DNA of 64,000 nucleotides. Source: Nitrosopumilus sp. (GTDB taxonomy: Archaea > Thermoproteota > Nitrososphaeria > Nitrososphaerales > Nitrosopumilaceae). The stretch's first letter is position 1; each line of letters starts with the position of its first letter. Shown here one piece after another: positions 19,178 through 29,183 of this stretch. The stretch is taken from NCBI GenBank assembly GCA_965223425.1, contig OZ245003.1:1952001-2016000 (forward strand), written 5' to 3'. The notes beneath the pieces are model-generated. The model was not told where the DNA came from and searched no databases. It saw only the letters and a list, made by a program, of their open reading frames with translations. The position numbers and the translations under genes were made by a program.

Positions 19178-20251
19178 ATGAATGTTTTATTTCTTGGATT
19201 GCTGTTGATGATCTTGTTTTTGAGTACTGGAATGTATTCTGCTGATGCCGTAAAGGCCAAGGGAACCTATCTGCCTGAAATTAATTCTGACAAGGTCTGC
19301 GGTGACAGGCTGTGCTCTGAGATTAGCCAAGAGACAAAAGAGGCCAAATCCCAGATGTCAGAACAGGAAGATCCGGCAGTTGAGGACAAAGGGGAGGAAT
19401 CTGTCATGGATGATTCCCCGTACACCATAACAAATGTTGTGGGAAACATACATGTCCTCACAGACGGAAGATACAACTCGATGTTCATTCCAACTGGCGA
19501 GGGCGTGATAGTGTTTGATGCGCCCAACAATTTTGGTGAGAACCTCGTAGAGTTAATCCAGGGGACTACAGGCAAGTCAGTAACACATCTGGTGTATAGC
19601 CACGCACACAAAGATCATATAGGTGCGGCGCACGTGTTTGGAGATGGCGTGACAATCATTGCACACGAGGAGACCAAGGCATGGCTTGAGCGCTCTAATG
19701 ATTCACAGCGTCCAATACCTGACATAGCATTCTCAGACCAGTACACGCTTGAGCTTGGGGATACTATAGTAGAGCTGTCATACAAGGGGCCGGCACATGT
19801 AAGGGGAAACATCTTCTCATACATTCCAGAATACAAGACGCTGTTTCTAGTTGATCATGTGCAGCCTGGCTGGGTTCCATTTTATGCCCTTGGAATATCC
19901 GAAGACATAGGTGCATACATGGATGCATACGAATGGATTTTAGAGTATGACTTTGAATATTTTGTTCCAGGACACGGCATGGTAGGTGACAGGGACGATG
20001 TATTATTACACCAAAAATACGTCATGGATTTACGTGACAGTGCCCTTGATGCAATCCAAACAGTTGACTATGCAGAGGCCACTGCCAACGTGGATCCACA
20101 TGGATACAATGTCTTTGATGCGTATCTTACTACCTTGGCAGACAGATGCGCCAAGCTCAGCGACGATACATGGCGAGATGTGCTAATCGGCACGGATACG
20201 TGGACTGAGAGCAGCTGCAAGAGGATGATCCTGAGCATTTTTGTCGATTGA
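19178..20251 (+). CDS. Secreted metallo-beta-lactamase-fold hydrolase
   Basis: Signal peptide, SHAHKDH (HxHxDH), H, D and PGHG motifs; N-terminal KVCGDRLCSE motif. Confidence 0.88.
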   Translation: MNVLFLGLLLMILFLSTGMYSADAVKAKGTYLPEINSDKVCGDRLCSEISQETKEAKSQMSEQEDPAVEDKGEESVMDDSPYTITNVVGNIHVLTDGRYNSMFIPTGEGVIVFDAPNNFGENLVELIQGTTGKSVTHLVYSHAHKDHIGAAHVFGDGVTIIAHEETKAWLERSNDSQRPIPDIAFSDQYTLELGDTIVELSYKGPAHVRGNIFSYIPEYKTLFLVDHVQPGWVPFYALGISEDIGAYMDAYEWILEYDFEYFVPGHGMVGDRDDVLLHQKYVMDLRDSALDAIQTVDYAEATANVDPHGYNVFDAYLTTLADRCAKLSDDTWRDVLIGTDTWTESSCKRMILSIFVD

Positions 20252-20639
20252 TAAACTGGGACAGATGAGCAGATGCATGCAACCTTTGCAGGTATGAAAT
20301 ATGCAAAAGAGCCACATATACACACACACAGTAGCTGCTGTCTCAGGTCAGACGTGCCGCAGTTAATCAAAAAGGGTTGTGGGTAACGCTTCCCTAGCTC
20401 ATGATGGGACATTGCATAACAGGCATGGCACGGGTCAATGTTCTGGCGATCTGGGTTTTGGAAAAAGATAGCCTTACTTTTAGTGCGAGAATCTGAACAA
20501 GCATACATTGAATTAAGACATGCAAAAATTCGCAGACAGTGCAACTTTCCACACATCATATTTGCAACTCAGCTGAGTTAGGTGCAAGTTCCACAGTGAA
20601 CATCTTTTAGGCAGATCAGATGAATTCGTGCCATAAATT

Positions 20640-21650
20640 CTATGGAAAGTTTTTCAGAGTCATGTACCCGTGCGACTTTGCATTTGCATAGTGGTTTCTG
20701 ATAATTTTTTCAAAATCCGAGTCAAATCGGGTTAGAGATTTTTCCAGCATTGGTATTTTTTCCCGGTAATCTTTGTTTCTCTCAATGAGCTTATTGAGGT
20801 AATCCATTGGAGGCAGCGCACCTAGCTTCTGCAGATTACATTTTTGACACGCCAGGGTAAGATTCCAAATGTCATCTTCGGCAATGTAATCAAATGGAAT
20901 GACGTGCTCTACATGCGTGTCCCTTCCGTCCGGAAGGAGTTTTTTGCAATAAAAACAGTCTTTAAAATGAGGTTCCAATGATTTTCTGAACTTGGTCAGT
21001 GATTTTCTAGACATGTTCTTTCCTTCTGTTTTGGTTATTATTTTGGGAAGGCCAATGTTTAGCTTTTCAAGAAATTTGGCCCACTCTAGTATCACTGCCT
21101 TGAGCAAAACGGCATTGTACCTCTTGAAAAACTGTATTGCATTTGGATTAAGGTTTATACCATAATCAAGATCAACATATTTTCTGTTGGGATTCTTTAC
21201 TCTGGCAACTTTGTAGTCAAAGAACAGTCTAACTTCGGTGGCCTTGCTGACCTTGACTCTCTGAAACCTCCACACCACATTATGAAAGCACGACTTTACA
21301 ATTTTGTCAACGCAGTTTTGAATTTTTTCAGGCTCTTGCATCGCCATCTCCTTGAATGTTTGTGGGTAGTACGGCTTGGGAAATTCCTTTTCTATGATTT
21401 TTACTATCTCTGGTTTCTTTGTAGATTGGGGCGCATGCTTCATCTTTAGTTTGCATATCTGGGTCCAGTAGTATTTTAGAAAGTATTGTGCAATGACATT
21501 AAAATTCACATGTGTTTTGGTGTGGTCCCTGCTGTATTCTAACATAAACCGGGCTAGTGCAAACTTGTAAGTGTTGTCCTTGGCGCCATGACTTATTACA
21601 TTTAGAAATACCCTCTCAAATTCATCATCTGAGATAATATCGAAGATCAA
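20640..21650 (-). CDS. HNH endonuclease (McrA-like, putative defence)
   Basis: NTYKFAL N-terminal motif; CFYC...HVEHVIP......IWNL..AC..CN..K. Confidence 0.85.
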   Translation of the reverse strand: MIFDIISDDEFERVFLNVISHGAKDNTYKFALARFMLEYSRDHTKTHVNFNVIAQYFLKYYWTQICKLKMKHAPQSTKKPEIVKIIEKEFPKPYYPQTFKEMAMQEPEKIQNCVDKIVKSCFHNVVWRFQRVKVSKATEVRLFFDYKVARVKNPNRKYVDLDYGINLNPNAIQFFKRYNAVLLKAVILEWAKFLEKLNIGLPKIITKTEGKNMSRKSLTKFRKSLEPHFKDCFYCKKLLPDGRDTHVEHVIPFDYIAEDDIWNLTLACQKCNLQKLGALPPMDYLNKLIERNKDYREKIPMLEKSLTRFDSDFEKIIRNHYANAKSHGYMTLKNFP

Positions 21651-21974
21651 TGTTTTAAAAGATACACTAACAAAAATATGCGTTTCTCAAATACGTGTTG
21701 ATTTAGGATTTATGTTCACGACATCAATAAATAAGTTGGTTATTAATTTATACGGAGTTGCCCGATAACGCCGTAATTTGATCAAGGAGACCACCCCCCG
21801 GGATCGTCTCAAGGCATCCTGTCGTTATCCTATGACAGAATTGACTAAACATCTTTTCTGTTGCTTGTTGCCATTTGACGTGGCGGCACATATACAAAAA
21901 ATCCGAGATTTGTAATGTTTTTTTTCTTTAGTTGGTTTTCCTTCCTGTCCACTTGCATAAAGGGTTCCACTGTT

Positions 21975-23348
21975 TTAACTCATAGAGCGAACTTGTTCTT
22001 TGCAGATATCTGCATTGCAGCCACACGTAGCATCACATAGACAGGCGCCTTGCATTACACAATCACATTCGGAGCTCATATCTGCAGATGCTGCACAACC
22101 ACATGCTGCATCTTGAGTAGTGGAAGCTACTGCAGGTGGTGGTGGTGGTGGGCTTTGCTGTGTAGTTTCTTCATAAACGCTTCTGGTGTACTGATAACTA
22201 GCATCGTCTTTTAGTTGGGCCTCACCTCTGTTGGTCTGATAGCCACCAGATGATGAACTGGTTTCATAACCTACTAGTCTGCCGGGATCAATTCCCTGTT
22301 GGCCTTGTGCCTCGCGTTTAAGTGATCTATTACTGAAAATAAAGAACCCAATTCCTGCAATAGCTGCAAGGCCTGCCATTCCATAAACTATCATAATTGG
22401 AAATCCGCCAGTCGAAGTCGTTGCGTAACCTTCTGGAGGAGTTGGGGTAATGCCTGCAATTTCGATTCCATCTAAACTATCTAATGCGCCAAATCCTATT
22501 GCAGCAAGTGTACCTTGATCAGCAGACTGCACACTTCGAACAGTATATGGTTGATCTGCCATTACTTCAGCTTCAAAGACTCTTTCTACTTGCCTTCCTT
22601 CCCTTAGACTGCTCTCTCCCATAGTCCAACTAGACACAACAAATCCAGAAATTTCTTCATCTAATCCAAATGTTCCAGCATCCACATTGATTCCGGTTGG
22701 ATCAAACAAAAAGTGCCAGTTTGTTATCGGTTGTTCTAAAATAAAGTCCGCATCAATAAGATGCCTGTTCAAAACATCTTCTGCTGCAGTCCCAGCAAGG
22801 AAGGCATAAACTCCAGGTTCTTGGTCTCTAAGTAGATTTATTGGAATGTTAATCTCTACACCATCAACTACAATTTCATCAGTAACAGTTAGTCCTCTCC
22901 AACCCAAATCAACTAGCGTTCTTTGAGAGTCTTTTGTAATTACATAATTAGTTAATGTTCCCTCTATGATTACCTGGTAATCAATAGAGGTACTGACATT
23001 TCTTGCTTTAAGATGAAAATCATAAGTAACCTCCAAGTCAGAAACTTTTGCTTGACTTCCATCAGATGCAATTGATCCATTGAGTTTGTCTATCAAATTT
23101 TGAACTCCGGCATTTGACGAGTCAGCAGTTCCTGCTATTGTCCATTCTTTTCCTTGTAATTCATCAAACAGATCTCCCCCATTTGGATATTCAATAAAAA
23201 CAGTTTTTTGATAATTCATCTTAAATGGAGATGACTCATTATTTGGATTAACTCTAGCATCTAGTTGTGCAGCCCACGCAGCAGGGGCACTAGTACCTGC
23301 AACGATAAGACCAGCAAGTAAAACTGTTAAAACTATGGCCCTAGACAC
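21975..23348 (-). CDS. Membrane-anchored hypothetical protein with Cys-rich metallothionein-like tail
   Basis: Signal peptide from GTG 23348, one TM helix, Pro-rich linker, C-terminal CGC..CDC..CLC..CGC..C. Confidence 0.8.
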   Translation of the reverse strand: MSRAIVLTVLLAGLIVAGTSAPAAWAAQLDARVNPNNESSPFKMNYQKTVFIEYPNGGDLFDELQGKEWTIAGTADSSNAGVQNLIDKLNGSIASDGSQAKVSDLEVTYDFHLKARNVSTSIDYQVIIEGTLTNYVITKDSQRTLVDLGWRGLTVTDEIVVDGVEINIPINLLRDQEPGVYAFLAGTAAEDVLNRHLIDADFILEQPITNWHFLFDPTGINVDAGTFGLDEEISGFVVSSWTMGESSLREGRQVERVFEAEVMADQPYTVRSVQSADQGTLAAIGFGALDSLDGIEIAGITPTPPEGYATTSTGGFPIMIVYGMAGLAAIAGIGFFIFSNRSLKREAQGQQGIDPGRLVGYETSSSSGGYQTNRGEAQLKDDASYQYTRSVYEETTQQSPPPPPPAVASTTQDAACGCAASADMSSECDCVMQGACLCDATCGCNADICKEQVRSMS

Positions 23349-23462
23349 GAAAAAAATCAAGTTCAAGAAAGTAATAAACCTATCCAAATTATTGATCGCT
23401 GTTTTTTGAAAAAGTAATATTGAGCAAGACATGTAGACTTTGCAGTTTTAGGAGAAAATGGT

Positions 23463-24383
23463 ATGATCACAGTTTTGGCAGGAGGTACAGGTTCAGTCAA
23501 GTTAGTTAGAGGTCTGGTTTCCCAAGAATCCAAAGTTAATGTGATTAGCAATGTAGGAGACAATTACTGGCTTTACGGGTTATACGTATGTCCAGACATT
23601 GACACCATTGTTTATGGTTTGGCAGATTTACTTGATCAAGAAAAAGGATGGGGAGTAAAAAAAGATACTTTCAACTTTTTACGCCAGATGGAGGTTTTTG
23701 GAGAAGAGACCTGGTTTAGAATAGGGGACAGAGATGCTGCAACGCATTTGATCAGAACAAACATGCTAAAGAACGGAAAAAATCTCAGCGATATTACAAA
23801 ATGGATGTGTGAGAAATTTGCAGTTAGTGCCAACATCATACCAGTTACAGACAACAGTATTGAAACAAGAATTATCACAGACAAGGGAGAACTGCATTTG
23901 CAAGAATATTGGGTCAAACACAGAGGAAAAGACCCCGTTGAAGGAATTCAGTATATCGGGGCAGAGAAATCACGTCCAAACCCTGAAGCCGTAAATGCAA
24001 TACATGATGCAGACATGGTAATCTTGGCCCCGGGAAACCCACTAACGTCAATAGGGCCGATGCTCCAGATCAAGGGAATCAGAAAAGAATTATCAAAGAT
24101 AAAGAAGAAGGTAGTGGCAGTTAGCCCATTAATTGGAGACAATTCCATTAGTGGCCCGGCAGGAAAATATATGCAGGCTGCAGGAATAGAATCAAATGCG
24201 TATGGATTGGCAAAAATGTATTCAGACGTTTGTTCTAACATTATCGTAGACACTAAAGACAGAATGCTAATAAAGAAAATACAAAGCCTGGACATGAAAG
24301 TTTTTGAAACAAAAATCACTATGAAAAATAAACTGGCAGAAGACGCATTGGCAAATTTCATTTTAAAACAAGTACACGTATAA
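23463..24383 (+). CDS. cofD: 2-phospho-L-lactate transferase (F420 biosynthesis)
   Basis: LAGGTG, NVGDN, CPDIDT, GDRD.ATH, P.NP.TSIGP. Confidence 0.95.
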   Translation: MITVLAGGTGSVKLVRGLVSQESKVNVISNVGDNYWLYGLYVCPDIDTIVYGLADLLDQEKGWGVKKDTFNFLRQMEVFGEETWFRIGDRDAATHLIRTNMLKNGKNLSDITKWMCEKFAVSANIIPVTDNSIETRIITDKGELHLQEYWVKHRGKDPVEGIQYIGAEKSRPNPEAVNAIHDADMVILAPGNPLTSIGPMLQIKGIRKELSKIKKKVVAVSPLIGDNSISGPAGKYMQAAGIESNAYGLAKMYSDVCSNIIVDTKDRMLIKKIQSLDMKVFETKITMKNKLAEDALANFILKQVHV

Positions 24384-24384
24384 C

Positions 24385-25017
24385 TTGAAAATAGCGGCCA
24401 TAATTCCTGTAAAGGCTTTCTCTAATGCAAAAAACCGCTTAGATTTACCTCCGCATCAAAAAGAGGAGCTATGCAAAATAATGTTAGAGGAAATTTTATA
24501 CACAATATCAATATCGCCTAAAATCGAAAAAACAGTCATTGTAACAAAGGAGGAAAAAGCAATTGAGATGGGTAAAAAATTCAACGCCACAACCATAACT
24601 GATGAAAAAGAAGAAAGTGTCAACAGCGCAGTTGCGCTTGCAGACAAGTATCTTTTAGAGAACAACTTTGATGCCTCAATTGTATTTCCCCAGGACATCC
24701 CGTTTATGAAAACCCAAGACATTGATTTTATGCTAAACTATGTTGCCCCCCCAAATTTTGCCATAGTTGTTCCATCTAGAAGGTTTGATGGCACCAATGC
24801 GCTAGTCAGAATGCCAGTAAATTTGATGGAGACCCACTATGATGAGGACAGCTACAAAATTCACATGAATACAGCCAAGGAGCATACGCTAAATGCGGCG
24901 CTGGTTTTTGTGAAACGGATCATGCTGGACATAGACAATACTGAGGATCTAGGCTTTCTGCTAGGGCAAAGCGAAAAACCTCTGGTTGTGGAAAAAATCA
25001 AGAAGATTTTAGAGTAG
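24385..25017 (+). CDS. cofC: 2-phospho-L-lactate guanylyltransferase
   Basis: IIPVK....AK.RL, D.P, GTNAL, DID..EDL; follows cofD. Confidence 0.92.
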   Translation: MKIAAIIPVKAFSNAKNRLDLPPHQKEELCKIMLEEILYTISISPKIEKTVIVTKEEKAIEMGKKFNATTITDEKEESVNSAVALADKYLLENNFDASIVFPQDIPFMKTQDIDFMLNYVAPPNFAIVVPSRRFDGTNALVRMPVNLMETHYDEDSYKIHMNTAKEHTLNAALVFVKRIMLDIDNTEDLGFLLGQSEKPLVVEKIKKILE

Positions 25018-25215
25018 GTTCAGGAATATGCCAGGAGTAGCACAAAAAATTACAGTTTTCATGGGTTATCACACTCTAAATCTTCGGCGGGGGATCTTCT
25101 CAAAGTAACAGATCGGTTGGTTTTGCATTTTTGAGGGGACATCACCCAAGATGAATTTAGATTCTTGTTGAGGTAAACGCATATTTTTACTAAATCCTAT
25201 TCAGCATATGATTTT

Positions 25216-25421
25216 TTACAAATATTTTTTATTTTCTTTAATATAATATTTCATAAACCATTTTACAAAAAACATTTCATCGTTTTTCAGCTGTGATCTT
25301 TCTAATGATTTGAAATATTTTCTTCTATCTTTATTTTTGATTAACATGAATGGACAGTCAAATTTGAATAAAAGATAATTCATAATCAATCTGGACATCC
25401 TGCCGTTTCCGTCAACAAATG
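25216..25421 (-). pseudogene. Fic-domain protein, 3' fragment
   Basis: Reads PFVDGNGRMSRLIMNYLL (HPFxDGNGR motif lacking its His) immediately from the IS66 end. Confidence 0.85.
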
Positions 25422-25437
25422 GTAAGAGGCTAGGTCT

Positions 25438-26811
25438 CTAGTACAGTCTCAGTATCTCTTCTTGAATGCTGGTGCCCCTTTTCTGCCATGTCAGCAAGCA
25501 GCTCACAAGTATGCCAAATACCTTCATGCCTGCTTCGGTGACAAGACGCTGTCTAATCTTGCGCGATATGACGACCCGGCGAAGCATCCTTTCTGATTCG
25601 TTGTTTGTGGGATCCATTCCGGGATGCTTTAGAAACGTAAACAGGTTTGGTGTGGCCTTTTCCAGCTTGTCTCCGAACTTGCAGTCCGGACAGCCCTTGT
25701 ACGAATCCGCAATTGCCGTGCAGGAGATCACAAACGAGTCATAATGCGTGTGCGCGTCAGGCCGCAGCGCAACCTGCTTTGCATCGTGGTATAGCAAACG
25801 CAGTTTCTCATACAGCATGGTTTTTGGTTCATCACCATCATCACCATCATCCTGTTCAAATTCGGCATCACACAGTATGTGCGACCGGCACCGTTGAATT
25901 GTTCTGAAACGATTGTATGCCGCATAACCGTCGACTGTCACGGGAATATCCCAGTGAGGAAAGTGAAGATCCAGTACGGCAGCGGCCCTGCTTCTGTCCA
26001 CATGAATCAGTACCGCATCATCACCGATGCATACCCAGACATATCCCAGTTTGTCGTATATTGTATATGACGTCTCATCAAGTTTCAGGTATTTTGATCT
26101 GCCAATATTTTCTTTCCATGACTCTACCTCCGGCTCTAACGCTCCTCCTAATGCAAACAGCGCGTTTTGTATTGTTTTTTTGCAGATTGACGTGTCATAC
26201 AGGCTTGCTGCCTCCCTGATTGAGTTCAGGCTGCAGCCTTGTTTATACATCGACATGGTTATTGTCATGAGGTTCTTGCCAATCGATGTTCCGTCTATTC
26301 CGACCTGGGGTGTTGTGACATGTCCGCACCTGCAGGTGCAGTGCTGTATGACGTTGTTTGTGGATGCGGTCCTTGGAATCTCCGGAATGTCGACTGTCAT
26401 CTTTGTCGTGGTCTTTGTAACTGTAATGCCTTTGCTGCCGCACTTTGCGCATTTCTTTGGCCTGTGCACCGTTGTGTGATCAGGCCTTCTCTTGTGGGAT
26501 GCGCCGACGTGGCCTGCACTTGCTCCGCCCTTGTTTGGAGGAGGGGAGGAGGAGGAGGAGGAACCGCCTTTTGCACGGTCTGCCTTTTTTCGGCGCGTGG
26601 GAATGGAGTTTGCCGACGGCGGTGAGTGCGGATTCTCGTAGAACGCTACGCGCCTCTTTAGTTCCGCCATTGTCAAATCCTTCTCGGCTTCCCTTGCCTG
26701 TAATTTTTTTACATCGCCTGCCAACTGGCTGACAATCTTTCGCAAGCTGTCGTTTTCAGCAAATGATTTTGCCAGAGCATCCCGTAATATCTTGATCTCC
26801 GAGTCACTCAT
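25438..26811 (-). CDS. IS66-family transposase (TnpC-like)
   Basis: N-terminal coiled coil, NPHSPPS, C..CG zinc ribbon, DET, DGYAAY, TNNESERMLR. Start at ATG 26811. QRCRSH instead of the usual QRCWAH may indicate decay. Confidence 0.88.
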   Translation of the reverse strand: MSDSEIKILRDALAKSFAENDSLRKIVSQLAGDVKKLQAREAEKDLTMAELKRRVAFYENPHSPPSANSIPTRRKKADRAKGGSSSSSSPPPNKGGASAGHVGASHKRRPDHTTVHRPKKCAKCGSKGITVTKTTTKMTVDIPEIPRTASTNNVIQHCTCRCGHVTTPQVGIDGTSIGKNLMTITMSMYKQGCSLNSIREAASLYDTSICKKTIQNALFALGGALEPEVESWKENIGRSKYLKLDETSYTIYDKLGYVWVCIGDDAVLIHVDRSRAAAVLDLHFPHWDIPVTVDGYAAYNRFRTIQRCRSHILCDAEFEQDDGDDGDEPKTMLYEKLRLLYHDAKQVALRPDAHTHYDSFVISCTAIADSYKGCPDCKFGDKLEKATPNLFTFLKHPGMDPTNNESERMLRRVVISRKIRQRLVTEAGMKVFGILVSCLLTWQKRGTSIQEEILRLY

Positions 26812-26816
26812 TAGAC

Positions 26817-28118
26817 CAGTAGTTGGGATTGTACATTTTGGATAGCCCAAACTGATCATTTTGAGAACAAAACACGATCAACCAGATCCAAATACAAGGC
26901 ATGCTCACCCACCTTAACATGTACGAAAAAGATGGGCAAACACACCAACAGAACCAAGACATCAGGGGATTTAAAATCTTCCAGTCCGCACTGCAACACC
27001 TGAACCTTGCCTTTGGCACAAGACACAACACGCTGTACTGCCTCAGGGATGCAGCGCACATGCTTCTGGTCATGGCCAGCTCCAACGGATACGCCAACGG
27101 CGCGCGAGATCTCGGCTCTCCCGGCATCCGCATGCCGTCGGGCAGCTGGCTGCTCAAAAAGCTGCGCATCATAAAGCAGGACAAGATGAACCGCTTCTGC
27201 GACCAGATGATGCATGATACGGTCAACACGGCATGCCGCAGCATGAGGCGACGCATCAGCAACGAAACGGCAGTGGCTGCAATAGACAAGCACAAGATTC
27301 CGCACCATGACAAAAACCCCGACCTCAAACACCTCATACAGTCAAAATACGAGTCAGGAACGTACAGGTTTGAGTCATACATGACATCCAAGATAGTGCA
27401 GGGCGGCAAAGAGGCCAACCTGTGCTTCAGTCCGGTCACCCGGGGTACATCCAACGGCGAATTCGTGCGTAAAACCATCAAAAAGTGCTCCAAGCTGCAC
27501 CTTGGAATCAATCTTTACCTTCTTGACAGGGAGTTTTACGCAACAGACGTGATGCGGACTGTCAGATCGCTTCACAGGCATTTTATCATGCCGGCAAAAA
27601 AGAATGCCGGCATCAAGCGCGCCATTGTACAGCACGCCCAAGGAAAGCGCGGTGATGTCTCTAGGTACACCATAAAATCAGGCTCCGAAAAGTTCACGTT
27701 CAACCTGGTTCTGATCAGGGATGACGCCAGGAAAAAAGACGGCACCATGTTTGACAGGTACCACGCATTTGCAACGTCGCTGCCATACGAGAATGAAAGG
27801 GACGTTGTCAAGTACATCCCAGAGCAGTACAAAAAACGTTGGGGAATTGAAACGGGGTACAGGTCTGCAAAGAGCGTACGCGCGCGCACTGCCAGCAGGA
27901 ACCCCTCCGTACGGATGCTTTTGTTTGTCTTGTCACTGGTGATAAACAACATCTGGATAGGCCTGCGTCGCACGGTGTGCAGACAAAGATATCATGTGAC
28001 ACTTGCCGGTGTTTTAAACAGGATGATCCGCGTGTTTGCAGAATATGTGTATGCCAGGTGGCCACCGCCTATCGGGTGATTTGTGGGCTGTTTTGGAACG
28101 GTACAATCCCAACTACTG
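26817..28118 (+). mobile_element. ISH3-type (IS4-related DDE) insertion sequence
   Basis: 18-bp perfect IR CAGTAGTTGGGATTGTAC (26817-26834 / 28101-28118) with TTAGAC direct repeat on both sides. Confidence 0.9.
26901..28079 (+). CDS. ISH3-family DDE transposase
   Basis: AID, LLDREFY, Y.KRWGIETGYR motifs. Confidence 0.88.
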   Translation: MLTHLNMYEKDGQTHQQNQDIRGFKIFQSALQHLNLAFGTRHNTLYCLRDAAHMLLVMASSNGYANGARDLGSPGIRMPSGSWLLKKLRIIKQDKMNRFCDQMMHDTVNTACRSMRRRISNETAVAAIDKHKIPHHDKNPDLKHLIQSKYESGTYRFESYMTSKIVQGGKEANLCFSPVTRGTSNGEFVRKTIKKCSKLHLGINLYLLDREFYATDVMRTVRSLHRHFIMPAKKNAGIKRAIVQHAQGKRGDVSRYTIKSGSEKFTFNLVLIRDDARKKDGTMFDRYHAFATSLPYENERDVVKYIPEQYKKRWGIETGYRSAKSVRARTASRNPSVRMLLFVLSLVINNIWIGLRRTVCRQRYHVTLAGVLNRMIRVFAEYVYARWPPPIG

Positions 28119-28274
28119 TTAGACAGAATCAGGGATCATCGAATTTGGATCAGTATGATCTAGAATGTTTGAGTTCGTGACTAACCTAGCCTCTTACGAG
28201 CCGATCATCAGCAGACTTATAAGGAATGATTTAGAAAATGTTAAATATTATCATAAAAGGTTTTGATGAATATA

Positions 28275-29183
28275 ATGGTTAAAACAGTAAATCCAAAAGA
28301 CAAGTGTCCAAGATGCGGACAGAGCACTCTAGTTACAGATGCAAACACCGGGGAAAATTTTTGTGGAAAGTGTGGATTTGTAATTACAGACAAAGTAGAA
28401 GAGTCAGGACCAGAATGGAGATCATTTTCAAACGAAGGGGAAAACAAAAGCAGGGCAGGGGTTCCAACATCACTTGCTATGCACGATATGGGATTAGCAA
28501 CAGTCATCAATCCTCAAAACAGGGACGCAACGGGAAAACCATTAACAGCTTCTATGAAAAGTACGATTGAAAGACTTAGGACTTGGGACAGCAGAAGTCA
28601 AGTTCACGAACCAGTAGACAGGAACTTTAGACAGGCATTTAGCGAGCTAGACAGGTTAAAAGATAAGCTTGCAGTAGGTGATGCAGTTATTGAAAAAGCA
28701 GCATACATTTACAGAAAGGCACTTGAAAAAGGGCTAGTCAGAGGACGTTCTATTTCAGCGTTGATTGCATCTGCACTTTATGCAGCATGCAGAGACACAG
28801 AAACGCCTAGAACGCTAAAAGATATCGGACAGTCAAGCAACATTAAACGAAAAGACATTGCCAGATGCTACCGTCTATTATTAAGAGAGCTTAATTTGAA
28901 GATGCCAGTAGTTGATCCAGTCAAATGTATTTCAAGGATAGCAAGCAAGGCAGGATTATCTGAAAAAACAAAAAGAAAAGCTACAAAGATTTTACAGACA
29001 GCCGAAGAATTGAAAATTTCTGCAGGAAAAGATCCGATGGGGTTAGCCGCAGCTGCACTTTATGTTGCATGTGTAACTAACGGTGAAAATAAAACTCAAA
29101 GAGACGTGGCCGAAGCAGCAGGGGTGACTGAAGTTACCATCAGAAACAGATACAAGGGATTGAAAGTGGCGCTAAACCTCTAG
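28275..29183 (+). CDS. tfb: Transcription initiation factor IIB (paralog 2)
   Basis: CPRC..CGKCG ribbon, GPEWRSF B-reader, GKDPMGLAAAALY, AGVTEVTIRNRY. Confidence 0.96.
   Translation: MVKTVNPKDKCPRCGQSTLVTDANTGENFCGKCGFVITDKVEESGPEWRSFSNEGENKSRAGVPTSLAMHDMGLATVINPQNRDATGKPLTASMKSTIERLRTWDSRSQVHEPVDRNFRQAFSELDRLKDKLAVGDAVIEKAAYIYRKALEKGLVRGRSISALIASALYAACRDTETPRTLKDIGQSSNIKRKDIARCYRLLLRELNLKMPVVDPVKCISRIASKAGLSEKTKRKATKILQTAEELKISAGKDPMGLAAAALYVACVTNGENKTQRDVAEAAGVTEVTIRNRYKGLKVALNL

Larger units (their letters stand above)
25422..28197 (-). mobile_element. IS66-family element (single-ORF, ISBst12-like) containing a nested ISH3-type IS
   Basis: Perfect 14-bp terminal IR GTAAGAGGCTAGGT at 25422-25435 and ACCTAGCCTCTTAC at 28184-28197; flanks differ (no TSD). 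Confidence 0.88.

Noticed and set aside
21824-21842. TGACAGAATT as a third IS6-like end
   Set aside because: Only a short degenerate match; no partner end or TSD found.
13782-21900. tRNA-Leu-integrated provirus or island with att sites
   Set aside because: The island lies on the 5' side of the tRNA, I found no duplicated tRNA segment, and no viral structural genes are visible.
26812-26859. N-terminal 16 aa of the IS66 ORF in the track
   Set aside because: Derived from the inserted ISH3 end; the real start is ATG 26811.
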